From Octopus vulgaris (lineage: Eukaryota): DNA of 64,000 nt. The stretch covers positions 92,318,001 to 92,382,000 of the forward strand of contig OX597814.1 of NCBI GenBank assembly GCA_951406725.2, in the 5' to 3' direction. Under the pieces are notes generated by a model, which was given only the letters and a program-made list of their open reading frames with translations, was not told the origin of the DNA and searched no databases. This document shows, one piece after another, positions 49,700 to 63,800 of this stretch. A program made the translations under genes and the position numbers. Position 1 is the stretch's first letter; each line of letters starts with the position of its first letter.

Positions 49700-50790
49700 C
49701 TATATGTGACTGTTTAATTATGCCATGTGTAAAGAAACCTTGAAACTGTCTGAATTTCAAAGAGGTTGTATTGTGGGTTATTCTGAAAGTGGACATAGCG
49801 TAAAATCGTAGAAAACCTTGGGATCCCATTTTCTACGGTTAATTCTGTGATTGTACAATTCATTGGAGAAGAGAAGGAGTCCATATCACCTTGCCCAGAT
49901 CAACCACGACCCTCTACCAGGACCCTTCTCTTTGTTATGTGAAGTGTGGAGGATAAACCTCGTTGCAAAGCCTCTGACATAGCAGAACAAGTTGATGTCA
50001 GTCTCAGCACAGCTGTCAGATATCTCCACAAACTTGGTTACTGTGGCAGAGCAGCAAGAAGGAAGCCACTTCTTCGACTATCCAACGTCAAGTGGAGAAT
50101 GAGCCAGTAAGATGGTGCAGAGGCCACTAGCATTTTGGGACACAGTCACATTCTCTGATGAGTTCAGATTTGCTGTATTTCCTGAGAGTGGTCGGGTGTG
50201 GGTCTGGAGAATTTGAAATGAAAAGATTACAGCCAGCAATGAAACACGGCAGCTATTCTGTGATGACTTGGAAGAATGATGGATCAGAGCTAGTGGAGTG
50301 TGAGGGAAACAGAAATACAGATACATATGTGTCCATATTTCAGAAAGAACTCCTTCCAATCTTTTCCAATGGTGAAATGATTAAAGAAGACACTTTATTT
50401 ATGTGAGATGTGCTGCTTGTCTCACGACTAAAATGACCTAAGATTTTTTGGATGAGAATTGCATTAAAAAGCTTCCATGGCCAAGCCAATCACCAGATAT
50501 TAACCCTTTTGAACACCTCTAGGACATAATGGACAGGCACTTCATAAAAAGAAAAAGAAAGCATCTTCAAAGCCAGTTCTTTTGAGATTACTGCATGAAA
50601 CTTGATAAGAAATTCCGCAAAAGAATATTCGTCATCTGATCAGTAACATGTCTAATATGTACCTTGCATTGAAAAATATATATTAGATATTTACATAATA
50701 ACAATTGATAAATAATTTGAATGTATAATTTCAGATTTAAATAAATTTTAATGATTATAAGGGTGCCTGTTTACTTCTGACTTGCCTGTG
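49700..50790 (+). mobile_element. Degenerate Tc1 (DD34E-type) transposon
   Basis: LSEFQRGCIVGYSESG, ARRKPLL, WDTVTFSDEFRFAVF..GRVWVWR, LPWPSQSPDINPFEHL. Ends ...cttgcctgtg|TA. Many stops. Confidence 0.9.
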
Positions 50791-52040
50791 TAATGTAATC
50801 TTATAGTAGTGATTTTGAATCTTTTCACTAATAAGAGCCTGTTTTATTGGGAATTTTTCCACAGATGCTTGTTTCTTTTTAAGTTCTGTCTATACAATAA
50901 ACTAATATTAACTAAAAGATACTTATTTCTCAATTGAAAGAAACGGAACAATTTACACTGCAGGCTTTTAGAATTTAGTATACAGCTCAGTGATCGCCAG
51001 TACTACATTTCTGGGCCAGCTCCACCGTTGTCTGTAGATACCAGCTTCGGAATTACTCGACATTAGAAATGTGACAAACCATTATTCTTCATTCCAAAGA
51101 GCGGTAATATGATAGAAATGATAGAGTTTTTCATCTTCATTTATCTGTTTATCATATAAAGCATAGCAGTAACCAATGACCATATTGAAATATCTTAGAG
51201 AGTGACAAGTGGAGAATTCTATGCTGAGTTCTTTCCAACGATAGATATTGAAATGTTTACAGTTGCTAATGGCGTTTAATGACGTAAATGAAAAGTATTG
51301 CTTTCAGAAATTGTTTCCAGAAATCGTAATAGGATTGTAGATTTTGCCACTAGAACAAAGAATTTCCACATTGTTACAATACCAAATGCTTACAGAAGGA
51401 ATATGTGGTCAATAAAATTTTCCTTAGATTTTTATTTTTATTTTACAAACTCATAAGAAATGAAATGCAAAGTAAACAACAGTGGATTTTGAACTCAAAA
51501 TATAGGAAGAAAACTAAATCCATTTTTTATTTTTGTCTTCGATCTCATTTGTTTGTGTACATCTGATGTCGCGATACGAAACGTAGCAAAAATCAGTGCT
51601 GGCTATAATTTTTGTAGTATACAGAAATAACAGTAACAAATTAATGTAGAAAGCACTACTAACGCAGTAGAACGTGCTATTGACTTATAAAAACATTTAA
51701 TATACTTTATAGTATATTATGGTTGCATATTGAAATATCACGTACCTATAAATCATTAGCCATAAATCTAAGAGAGTAATTATTCAATTATACTATGGCG
51801 GTACTTTTTGCTCAGCTAAAGAGAAATTGTACAATAATTTCTCACAATGATGCACGGCCACACATTGTGAATGTATGTAATCTTTACTCCGTGTGGAGAT
51901 TACGGACTATCAATCTTAGTGATTATTGTAGAGTACCCATAACACTGGGTAACACGATTATTGTCCTTGGGTAGCAACTGTTGTTTCCTATTTGCTTACC
52001 CCTAGAAAGTATGAAAACTTTGCTTTTGTTACAATATTTA

Positions 52041-52194
52041 TTGCTTACTAACCACATGGTTCCGGGTTCAGTCCCACAGCGTGGCACCTTGGGTAAGTGT
52101 CTTCTACTATAGCCTCGGGCTGACCAAACCCTTGTGAGTGGATTTGGTAGACGGAAACTGAAAGAAGCCCGTCGTATGCATGTATGTATGTATG

Positions 52195-52245
<51 letters not shown>

Positions 52246-52258
52246 AATACATACATAC

Positions 52259-52350
<92 letters not shown>

Positions 52351-52535
52351 GTGTCTGTATATGTTTGTGTGTCTGTGTTTGTGTCCCCAACATCGCTTGA
52401 CAGCCGATGGTGGTGTGTTTACGTCCCCTTAAGTTGGCGGTTCGGAAAGAATAAGTCCTAGGTCGATTTGCTCGACTAAATACGGTGCTGCACCATGGCC
52501 GCAGTCAAATGACTGAAACAAGTAAAAGAGTAAGA
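52041..52535 (+). mobile_element. SINE family A copy, 5'-truncated
   Basis: Starts at ttgcttactaaccacatggttccgggttcagtccc and has a long internal (TA)n. Confidence 0.85.
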
Positions 52536-53054
52536 AGAGAGATATCAACAACTATGTTTCACTATTTGTATATATAATTTTGGGCTATAAACAGCTAGAG
52601 GCGAATAGATTGCAGGCTTGTTGATTTAATCTGTGTTCACAATGACGAATGTATCCGTTCTCAAATATTGGATGTTATGGAAAAGTTTTTCTAATAAGGA
52701 GTTTTTGTGTTTTCGTTTTTTGTTTTTTCCCTTTGTATATAAATTTATACCAATGTGTAAATTTCTCTCGTTTTTCCCCAAGGAGGAGCAGAAAGGACAA
52801 CAAAGGGACGCAACGAAAGAAACTTCAAGATCCAAATTTCTAAATAGCATTAATGTCTGTATATACTAAATAGTATGTATGTATGTATGTATGTATGTAT
52901 GTATGTATGCATGCATGTATGTATTTATGTATGTATGTATGTATGCATGTATGTATTTATGTATGTATGTATGTATGTATGTATGTATGTATGTATGTAT
53001 GTATGTATGTATGTATGTATGTATGTATGTGTGAGTATGGTAATGTGCTGTAAC

Positions 53055-53999
53055 TCAAACCTTATGCAAAAAATTACTGGATATATTAGATTGTTACATT
53101 GCTTATATTTAATATTATTATATATCTGTTTTTTTTAATAATCGCGAGATTATTCTATACCTACATTGATCTAATTATTAACTCATGAAATTTCATTCCA
53201 TGCATGCTTAGTTTTTTTTATCCTTGTGTATTCCATGTTTCAATGCTCAATTTGAAGCTACATGCATAAAAATAGTTGGACTAACTTACGCTATTTACTC
53301 TCATATATTATCCGTATCTGGTTACTACATGGTAGTATGCATATAAGCAACTTAAGTGAGATACATTATGCTTTTATGCATATATACATATAAGGGCGAT
53401 GTGCACATGTGCGCTCTCCTAATTCTGCTAGTGTGATTGTATGTATGAAAAGGTTTGTCTGCTCGATTGTATGTGTAAAAGGAAATATGCTTTAGATGGA
53501 TGGAATAACTGTTTATATCAGTTGTAAACCCATGTATGAATAGTCGTATGTATTCATCTATATTTTAAAGAGGTATGGAGTGCACACGAACAATATCGGA
53601 TTACTGACTTGAAAGTAAAAAAAGATATGTTGGCGGTATCACAAAAGTGCGTGGGCTTTCTTTGTGAAACATTAATTATAAATAACACACAACTCTTTAA
53701 AAAAACAAAGAGTTACGTATTCAATCAACTTTGACTAATTCATTTTTTATTTGCCTTAATATTACATCCAACTATAAATTTCAGTACTGTCCAACTCTGA
53801 TAGGTAATTAAATATGAATCAATTTATTCAAACATCTAGTTACATCTTAATTCTCAAACTTTGCGTACTGTAAATCAAACTTTATGTAAACAATTACTGG
53901 ATATATCAGATTGTTACATTACTTACATTTAGTATTATCATATATCTGTTTTTAATAATCATGAGGTTATTCTACGTCTACGTTGATCTAATTATTAAC
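53055..53999. repeat. Diverged direct repeat of about 125 bp (53055-53182 and 53875-53999)
   Basis: tcaaac.ttatg.aaa.aattactggatatat.agattgttacatt...ttgatctaattattaac occurs twice, 820 bp apart. Confidence 0.8.
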
Positions 54000-55006
54000 C
54001 TTCAGAATAAAAATAAAACTTTGGATCTGAAAATTGTCTTTAAATCCGTCATACATCATTTGTTTAGCGTATTCTTCGTGTTTCCATTTTTCTTTAGCTT
54101 TCTTTAAACTTATTTATTAACATTTTGTCATGGAGAATACATATTTAACAAAAGCATTAATAAAATACCTCAAAATGAATTTTGTAGCCGATTTTCAAAT
54201 GAATATGAAATTTAAATTAAATACTTTGTTCTGCATTTCTTTACTTTTTCTAATAATTTCAACAGGTAGCAGTTTTTGCTTGTTATATTATAGTAACCTT
54301 AAAACACATGGCGGTGGGACATGGAGTCACTTCTAGTCTAGTGAGTATTTTGTCGACCAGGAGGAATATAAAGTCAAACGCGACAAAATGTAAACTGAGA
54401 AGCTGAGGGGATATCATTAAATAGGAGACGGCATTATTCTCCACTGGTGCTGTCACCCAATTTTGTAGATATTGTGCATGAAATAATTTCCATAAATAAC
54501 TTTAATCACTTTTCGAATTTTCAAGTGAGACTATAGGAAGAAGGATAACATCAATCGATATAATCGTAGTACTTGTTTTGTCTATCGGATCAGCATCCTA
54601 AAAAAAAGCAACAGCAGCATAGATAACAAGGATAACGTTTCCATTTGCAATGGGTCAACACCTTGTTCTACAACTTTCATCACACAAAGGTTAACGATAT
54701 TGATTTCTAATACAAGTGCAATATAATCTTAGTCTATTTAAATCAAGAGAACGAAAGATAAACATTCACCCTGATGTGATTTAAAATCAGAATGTAAAGA
54801 GGTACAATCAAGAAATTTTAGCTTTAACGATTTCATCAATTCACCAAAAACAAAATAGTTAGCAATTTTATAGTAAGCAATATTAAAATTGTACTATTAA
54901 AATATGTTGACATATTTTTTAACAATTATTCATGCCTTCACAGCATGTGGCCAATGTCCTCTTATACTTATTGGAAAGAAGAGTATGAAAAGCAGTATTT
55001 ACTCAC

Positions 55007-55183
55007 GGTTTTTTTCAAAATTTTGTCCGGTGCGTTTCGATAATGATTGCAAAGAGCATAAGCAGATGTGTGACTGAAAATAACTGGAGCTTTTGATTCA
55101 TCAAGAGCATCTTCCATTGTTCGAACTGCTACGTGAGACAAATCTACCAACATTCCGAGACGGTTCATTTCATGTATGACTTT
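55007..55183 (-). CDS. DPEP1: Membrane dipeptidase (peptidase M19, DPEP1-like), internal exon, 177 bp, phase 0/0
   Basis: tatag| acceptor and |gtgagt donor. Translates [59 protein letters not shown], with the EMNRLG..VDLSH and PVIFSH Zn-ligand motifs of renal dipeptidase. The symbol is a family-level assignment; orthology among DPEP1/2/3 cannot be resolved. Confidence 0.96.
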
Positions 55184-55584
55184 CTATATAACGGAGAATA
55201 AAGTAAAATTATACGGCAACATAGATGATGAAACATAATCAAAAGCATATATTCACATGCAAAAGAAGCAGTGATTGTTGTCAACCATTAGAAAACATAT
55301 CACGAGACCATTAAACAACTTATATCTTAATGTAAGTATATCCAAATATGGAAAAAAACTTGAGTGGTCTCTCGTTCCTGAAAGAAAATATTTTATTTCG
55401 CTATTGCAAATTAAACAAACATTCGTTAATTATCTTGTACATTACTGGCTATCGAAGATATGCATCAACAAATATTACAGCCAACGAAGAAGCATGGATG
55501 GGACCGCATGATTTAATAAATATGGCAGCCAATTTTATTTTAAACTAGAGCCTACGATCTGGATAAGGAAGAAACATATTTATT

Positions 55585-55812
55585 TTTTTTGTCGCCCACA
55601 TGGGGCTAAACACAAAGGGGACAAACAAGGACAGACAAAAGGATAAAGTCGATTTCATCAACCCCAGCGCGTAATTGGTACTTATTTAATGGACCCCGAA
55701 AGGATGAAAGGCAAAGTCGACTTCGGCGGAATTTGAACTCAGAACGTAACGGCAGACGAAATACCGTTAGGAATTTTACCCGGCGTGCTAACGATTCTCC
55801 CAGCTCGCAGCC
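55585..55812 (-). mobile_element. SINE family B copy with target-site duplication
   Basis: Reverse-complement family B body flanked by a direct repeat, ataaggaagaaacatatt (55563-55580 and 55815-55832). Confidence 0.88.
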
Positions 55813-56242
55813 CTATAAGGAAGAAACATATTACATCAAGTAAACCAAGATCTACGATAATTTTCTGAAGATGGTGGCCAGAAAAATATCAAACTCGTTC
55901 AATTCAGGAAAGGCTAATATGAAGCTTAAAAATAACAACTAAGGAGAGAGACTGTATAAAATTCCACCACCTACCAGAAAAGCAACCAAATTGCTCTCAA
56001 TTCATATCCTGCCGTCTTAACTAAAGAAACATAATGCATTCACTAAAATACTGAAAGAAGGTGGCATAGCCATGGCAAAAATGCTTTTTATCATAGGTTC
56101 TCTTGCTCAATCAATCTCAAGAAGAAATCTCCATACCCTATATATATATATATATGCGCGCGTGTGTGTATGTGTGCACTTGTATATGTGTATGTCTCCT
56201 CCTCTCTCTGCCTCTGTATGTGTGTATATATATATATATATA

Positions 56243-57080
56243 CTCGGAGGTACACAAAGGTAACCGGAAACGTTCGCTGTCGGACAAGCCCGCTGTAGTT
56301 CAGGTTTCCGCCGCTAGAAGCCACTTAATGCAACCCTCAGACATCAGTCTGCCAACTAGCGTCGTCCAGTGTAGTTGTACTGTGACGTGGTAGTCTTTGT
56401 TTTGTATTGCTCTCCTCTGTTCGTCAATTTTTGAGATGTCTGAAACGAAGGAACAGCGAGCTTCCGAGAAATTCTGTTTCCTGCCGAGGAAAACGGCAAC
56501 CTAAACAGTTGTCTTATTTCAAACAGCTTAGGAAGCCGCTATCATGAGCATAACACAAGTTTACAAGTGATTTTCACGATTTATGAATGGTCACTTGTCA
56601 CTTGAGGACCAACCTCGTATCATATAAATTTATGAACTGATCTTAGATAACCATCACCGAACAATTGACAAACTTGTTATGATTGGTGTGTCCTGTAGCA
56701 CCTGTCAACAAATTTATAGCGAGGAATTGCGAATGAAAAGAGTTACAGCAAATGTGTGCCTCGCTTGTTCACAGGAGATACAAAGCAGTCACGACTGAAT
56801 GCATGTCGTAAACTGAAAGAACAGATAGAAGTTGATCCGGACTTGTTTCCGAAGGTCATCACTGGTGACGAAAATTGGTGCTACGGAATTTGCAGATTTG
56901 GAAGAGGTGAAGCAAAAACGACAGAGGCATTAAAAGGCATCATTTCGCAAGAGTTCCAGCACTGGATCGATGCATTGTTTCAAATGAGGTATACTTTGAA
57001 GGCGATAAAGGTGTGAACATGTAAAACTAGGTGAATAAAGTAATATTGCAAAATTCCGGTTTCTTTTGAGTAACCCCTCG
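56243..57080 (+). mobile_element. Internally deleted mariner element
   Basis: TA-flanked imperfect TIRs (..ggaggtacacaaaggtaaccggaa / ttccggtttcttttgagtaacccctcg). Translates MSETKEQRASEKFCF..QVYK*FSRF.NG..SLED.PR..CVPRLF..FPKVITGDENWCYG. Confidence 0.9.
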
Positions 57081-57127
57081 TATATATATGTATATATATA
57101 TATATATATATATAAATATATATATAT

Positions 57128-57425
57128 CATCATCATCATCGTGACCGACCAGGCTATCAGATGTTGCTGGTCACAATGCGCTTCGCATTGTTTTAGCCGT
57201 CAAATGACGCCACCCCGCAGGCTAAGCGAGCAGGCCAACAGAAGAAAGAGTGAGAGAAAGTTGGGGCGAAGGAGTACAGCAGGGATCGCCACCACCCTCT
57301 GGCGGAGCCTCGTGGAGCTTTAGGTGTTTTCGCTCAATAAACACTCACAACGCCCGGTCTGGGAATCGAAACCGCATTGCAGCGACCGCGAGTCCGCTGC
57401 CCTAATCACTGGGCCATTGCGCCGC
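57128..57425 (-). mobile_element. SINE family C copy
   Basis: Reverse complement of the family C head, with a (gat)n tail. Confidence 0.85.
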
Positions 57426-57486
<61 letters not shown>

Positions 57487-57963
57487 GCCTAAGGCTTTTT
57501 ATGCAAACACACGTCTTAAATTCGGGATCGAACCCCTTTGACTTTGTTAATTTTTCATGTCTTTCTCGGAGAATAACATCCGAAACATTAAATTCTTATG
57601 TATCTTTTTTTTGACGCTTTCATCTTGAATCAAAACATTTTTTCTCTTTGTATTTCTACGCTCGTGCAGTTAAGTTTTACCTTCTTCTGACTCCACATAT
57701 TATTTGTCTGTTTTACTTTCCTCTGCTTCTTAGACGTATACCTGTTATTTGTAAGATTTCTTATTCATTTACGCACACGCATACACACACACACACCCAC
57801 ACACACATATACATATACACACACACATATATGTATACCTACACACATGTTACATACAAATATGATTTGGGTTTTATATTTAAGAAATGAGGGATTATGT
57901 GCATTATTTACATTATTTACATTTCAAGGATATTTGTCCTCATCTTGTTCGAAATTTCCCCAA

Positions 57964-58009
57964 GACACCTGATGAGAGCTGGAGGGAATATCAGCCGAAA
58001 CGTTGTGTT
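57964..58009 (+). ncRNA. Minimal type I hammerhead ribozyme motif, canonical core, enclosed in an outer 22-bp stem
   Basis: GACAC-CUGAUGA-GAGCUGG(AGGGAAUA)UCAGCC-GAA-ACGU-U-GUGUU. The flanks ggatatttgtcctcatcttgtt (57928-57949) and aacaagatgagaacaaatatcc (58017-58038) are complementary. Confidence 0.8.
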
Positions 58010-58216
58010 AACAACAAACAAGATGAGAACAAATATCCGTCAAATATAAATAGTGGAAATATAATTTTGTGTAAAATTATATATGCTAGCGTATATAGAA
58101 TTATATTTGTAGACATCTAAATATGTTTTTGTGGGTGTTATTTATTTATTACAATCAAAAAATAAGTATTCTCTATATGGTGTCGAGTTTAGTTGAAACT
58201 TTTTCAAATTAATTAT

Positions 58217-58594
58217 AGGCGTAGGAGTGGCTGTGTGGTAAGTAGCTTGCTTAACAACCACATGGTTCCGGGTTCAGTCCCACTACGTGGAACCTTGGGC
58301 AAGTGTCTTCTACTATAACCTCAGGCCGACCAAAGACTTGGTAGACGGAAACTGAAAGAATCCCGTCGTATGTATAAGTATGTGTTTGTGTATCTGTGTT
58401 TGTCCCCCAACATCGCTTGACAACCGATGCTGGTGTGTTTACGTCCCCATAACTTAGCGGTTCGGCAAAATGGACCGATAGAATAAACAATAGTCTTACA
58501 AAGAATAAGTCCTGGAGTTGATTTGCCCGACTAAAGGCGGTGCTCCAGCATGGCCACAGTCAAATGACTGAAACAAGTAAAAGAGTAAAGAGTA
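58217..58594 (+). mobile_element. SINE family A copy
   Basis: aggcgtaggagtggctgtgtggtaag...aacaagtaaaagagtaaagagtaa. Confidence 0.9.
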
Positions 58595-58756
58595 ACCATT
58601 ATAAAGTAGATATAAATCCTCATACGAAAATGAACGTCCGGATAATATTTGAATTAATGCTCGAAAATATGCTGGTTTTGAACCATTCTTTAAGCATTTT
58701 TACATAAAGCATTTACTATGATTGATACACATATCTCTCCATCGGTTTGTAAATAT

Positions 58757-58975
58757 AGCGAGCTGGCAGAACCGTTAGCACGCCGGGCGAAATGCTTCGC
58801 AGTATTTCGTCTGCCTTTACGTTTTGAGTTCAAATTCCGTAGAGGTCGACTTTACCTTTTATCATTTCGGTGGCGATAAATTAAATACCAGTTGCGTACT
58901 GGGTTCGATCTAATCGACTACCCCCACCCCCCACCCCGCTCCAAAATTTCGGGCCTTGTGCCTAGAATAGAAAAG
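58757..58975 (+). mobile_element. SINE family B copy
   Basis: gcgagctggcagaaccgttagcacgccgggcgaaatgc...gggccttgtgcctag. Confidence 0.85.
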
Positions 58976-59256
58976 TATATGACGAGCAAACAAACTTTCT
59001 TATGTTTATGCCTTGATAAGGCAAAAAGCATGAATAACCACTATGATTAAACTTCAGTAATTTCAGGTTCTTCCGTTATTTTCGGATTATTTTTGCCAGT
59101 TAATATATAAGAAACTTTTATGGCTGGATATTAATACGTAGGAAGTTTTAATATTCATATACATGCATTTCGATACCTGTGTGTTTGAGCGTGTGTTTGT
59201 ATGTGCATATACGTATGTATATGTATACATGTGTTGCGTGAGTATGTATATGTGTA

Positions 59257-59299
<43 letters not shown>

Positions 59300-59308
<9 letters not shown>

Positions 59309-59595
59309 CTTATATTTCTCATATATTTTTATTGTATTTATTATATATATATATATACTTATATTTCTCATATATTTTTTTATTTTATTTATATATATAT
59401 ATATATTTACTTATATTTCTCATATAATTTTTATTTTATTTATTTTTTTATACATATATATATATATTTACTCATATTTCTCATATATTTTTTATTCTAT
59501 TTGTTTTTTATACATATATATATATATTTACTTATATTTCTCATATATTTTTTATTTCATTTATTTTTTATACATATATTTCTTACATATTTATA
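59300..59595. repeat. AT-rich minisatellite, about 5 copies of a 50-60 nt unit
   Basis: tacttatatttctcatatattttttatt..att.att.....atacatatatatatatatt repeated in tandem. Confidence 0.85.
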
Positions 59596-60149
59596 GAGAT
59601 GTTGTTTTATAGGTTTATTGCTTATATATTTTTTGCACATAATTTTTTCTGTATTCTACCTTCCACCCTGCATTTTCCCTGTGCGTATATAGACGTGTAT
59701 GTGGAATCTTTTGTGCGCGCGTGTGGATGTATGCGTGTGTGCGTGTATGTGCGTATATAGATATGTGCGTGTGTGCGTGCATGCGAGTACGTGCGTATAT
59801 AGACGTATTTTAATCAGTGTTTTTACACATTTTTCTGTATTTTTGCCTTTAGCCTCAGTGCGCGGGCGCGCATGTGTAGGTATGAATATGCACCTTACGC
59901 GAATACTATGAATCTTTTTTACCCCCTTATTTTTACTCCCTTCCCTCACTTAGCGGTCATTAAAATAGCTCTTTTGTCTTAATAACGGTCAATCACATAG
60001 TAATTTCCCTTTATATAACGGTCACTTTTCATAGCATTTTTCCGATGGCCGGATATGGCGACGTGGATTTTCACCTCGGCATCCGAAACTCGGAGTTTTA
60101 TCATGGCTACCGAATAATTGTCACATATTACATTTACAGATATATATAT

Positions 60150-60237
60150 TTTCTTGAAACCGCTGTATGAATATTTTGAAACACCGCTAAAGTTGTTTTG
60201 TCGTTGTCTCGTGTACACACACACACAGTTATATATT

Positions 60238-60293
<56 letters not shown>

Positions 60294-60338
60294 AATATAT
60301 AACTGTGTGTGTGTGTGTTGTTTGTCGTTGTCTCGTGT

Positions 60339-60374
<36 letters not shown>

Positions 60375-60492
60375 GTGTGTATATAAATATATAACTATGT
60401 GTGTGTGTGTGTATGTGTGTGTACACGAGACAACGACAAAACAACTTTAGCGGTGTTTCAAAATATTCATACGTACAGCGGTTTCAAGAAAA
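60150..60492. repeat. Inverted repeat arms of about 70 bp around a compound microsatellite
   Basis: ttcttgaaaccgctgta..tgaatattttgaaacaccgctaaagttgttttgtcgttgtctcgtgtacac pairs with 60419-60491. Confidence 0.88.
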
Positions 60493-61137
60493 CCTTTATA
60501 TAAGGCTATGTACTTTGAGTGTATAAAATTCTCACGGGTTTCTGTAAATGTGATTTACAAAGTTCATCTCTGTTTAGTTTAATATTGGAAAGAAACTACA
60601 GGATGAATATAAAAATGAGAAAATAATTTAGAGATAAGGAGAGAAGTAAATTTATTTATAAGAAGTAAAGACAAAAGTTAAATAAGGAACACACACACAC
60701 ACATATATATATAAATGAAACAACATTTGTCTTAGATATTGTTGTTCAAAAGTTAAGTACTAAATTATTGCAAAATAGATAACTTCTTAGTATATTTGTA
60801 GATTTCATGGATGCCAGCGGGTTATAAATCATCAAAAAGTTTAATATATATTTGTGACGTATTGAACAACTTCGGGAGAGACAAATATTTATAGATGTTC
60901 TGTACATCTAAATGTGAAAACAACTATATGTATATATATATACTTCCACCACCTCCTCTTTATATACACAGATACAGACATATATATTTACATATATGTA
61001 TGTCTATCACCTTACTCTTTATATATATATATACACACACACGCATATATATACTTACGTGCAGACATACACACACACATACACGTATTCCTGCATATAT
61101 GAGCATACACTTACACAAAAATATATATATATGTATG

Positions 61138-61249
<112 letters not shown>

Positions 61250-61529
61250 TGTGTGTGGGCATGTATGTATACACAAATAAGCAGATACACGTACACATGA
61301 ATGCATATATCCATACAAGTATATGTGCACACACACATACATATGTACACAAACTCATAAAATAAACATACACATAGATACAGATAACTGCATGCATATA
61401 TATACATAGATATACATACACTCATACAGATACACCTGCAGATATATATTTATATATATATAGATATACGCTCTTATATACACCTACACACACACAGAGA
61501 CGCACGCACATAAACACACACACATACAC

Positions 61530-61583
<54 letters not shown>

Positions 61584-61787
61584 AGACGATGAAACAGATG
61601 TCTATGGGCACACATATATTTTTGTTTTATTACCAGAAATCAGATTTTGGATACTTCTACATTGGCACTCGATACACTACCATCCAGAATGTATGATATT
61701 TTAACAGTATAAATTAATAGTATGACGTATATTATAAACAATGTCACCGATGATACGTATGTTTATCAAATATATGGTAAAACGCCG

Positions 61788-62167
61788 TTTTCAAATTTTG
61801 GCACAAAGCCAGCAATTTTGGAGGTGGGAATACGTCGATTACATCGAACCCCCGAATGGATGAAAAGCAAAGTCAGCCTAAGCAGAATTTGAACTCAGAG
61901 CGTAAAGACGGAAAAAACGCCGGTAACCATTTAACGCGACATGAATGTATGATAAAATATTGATTTCAAATTTTGTCACCAGGTCAGCAATTCTGGGTGA
62001 GTAGATAAGTCGATTACGACGACCCCAGTGTTCGATTGTTACTTAATTTATAGGCCCTAAATGTATGAAGGGAAAAGTCGACCTCGGCAGATTTCGAACT
62101 CAGAACGTAAAGACGAGCGAAATTCCGCTAAGCATTTTACCCGGTGCGGTAACGATTCGGCCAGCTC
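61788..62167 (-). mobile_element. Two diverged SINE family B copies in tandem
   Basis: Reverse-complement family B motifs (aaagtcgacctcggc, gaactcagaacgtaaagacg). Confidence 0.75.
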
Positions 62168-62410
62168 ATCATCCTAATTAATATTCATCACATTTGCATC
62201 AAATTTGCAATGGAAAGCGCAACTTTGATGCAAGTCTGATGAAGTGTCATTTTAATGCCTAAAACCGGAAACATTACGTAAATTTTTCACTTTGAATTTT
62301 TGCGTAAACTGACCTTGCCAGCAAAGTTTGCACAGAAACAATTATAACGAACCATTAAAGATGTATTAGAAAATGCCTTTGCCTTCTTATCATTTAGGTT
62401 ATATATATAT

Positions 62411-62589
62411 AGGTGTAGAAGTGGCTGTGTAGTAAGTACCTTGCTTACCAACCACGTGGTTCCGGGTTCAGTCCACTGCGTGACACCTTGGGCAAGTGTC
62501 TTCTACGACCAAAGCGTTGTGAGTGGATTTGGTAGACGGAAACTGAAAGAAGCCCGTTGTATGTATGTATATATATATATGTGTGTGTA

Positions 62590-62620
<31 letters not shown>

Positions 62621-62850
62621 TGTGTGTGCGTGAGTATGTGTTTGTGTGTCTGTGTTTTTTCCAAAAAAAATCGATTGACAACCGATGCTGGTGTGTTTAC
62701 GTCCCCATAACTTAGCGGTTCGGCAAAAGAGACCAATGGAATATGTACTAGGCTTACAAAGAATAAGTACAGGAGTCGATTTGCTCGTCTAAAGGCGGTG
62801 CTCCAGCATGGCCACAGTCAAATGACTGAAACAAGTATAAAGAGTAAGAG
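62411..62850 (+). mobile_element. SINE family A copy
   Basis: Same head and tail, with a small internal deletion. Confidence 0.88.
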
Positions 62851-62854
62851 AATA

Positions 62855-62905
<51 letters not shown>

Positions 62906-63759
62906 TTAACAATTAAGGATAACTTCTTAATAAGGAATCTTAACAAGAAATTATCAGGTAGTTAGCATGAAAAACTTCATAAGAGAAAAATTCGAAAATA
63001 ATTTTTTTCTTTTGAAAATATTAATTTATATTGTATAGAGGGCATTATTACACATAAATGTCTCACACTAAGAGGGACATAAGTCATTACTACCAAAATT
63101 TCACTAATCGTACCTAATGTAGTTTTCGAAGCAAGACATTTAAAAAATGAATTAAAAAAATGAATTTAGTTCTACTAAATATATATATTTATATATATAT
63201 TCTTGTACTGAGATTGAATCTTTGCTTATCGACAAATGCGCAAGTAATAAAACGCTGAATTTTCATATTTTCGTATCTTCATATATATGCAAAGATTCAA
63301 TCTCAGTAGAAGATCGCCTAAACAAGGAAAACCTGTTCATGCAAAAGTACAGACCACACCTCTATATACAAATTTGACCAGTTTAAAAATTATACTAAGG
63401 AGGCAGTTGTCTCCCTTGCCACCTGTTGCTTCCCTTGGTTCACTCTCTAGACTCATTCTTCTTATTCTTCAAATATCCAAAATGACGTGACCCCTCTGTC
63501 ACGAGAACTGATTACTGTTGCAATGACCCTTGAAAGGCTTATTTAAATAACGAAAACCGGTTGCCTTTCACAGCATTCATATAATATGTTTGTATTTATA
63601 AAAAGATATTAAACTATATGAAACGAAGGCATTTCTCTTCCACTTTTTATATTCTTCCACATATTTTCAGCTAATTTTGCCACATGGTGTATACTGTATC
63701 TTCAATATCTTGGCACCTTGCATCTTTTTATATTTCTATCTCTCTCTCTCTCTCTCTCT

Positions 63760-63798
<39 letters not shown>

Positions 63799-63800
<2 letters not shown>

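Noticed and set aside
62184-62285. Hammerhead at ctgatgaagtg...ggaaacattacgta
   Set aside because: The CTGATGA is the arm of a separate 25-bp hairpin (62184-62243). Stem II does not close next to GAAA and stem I does not pair.
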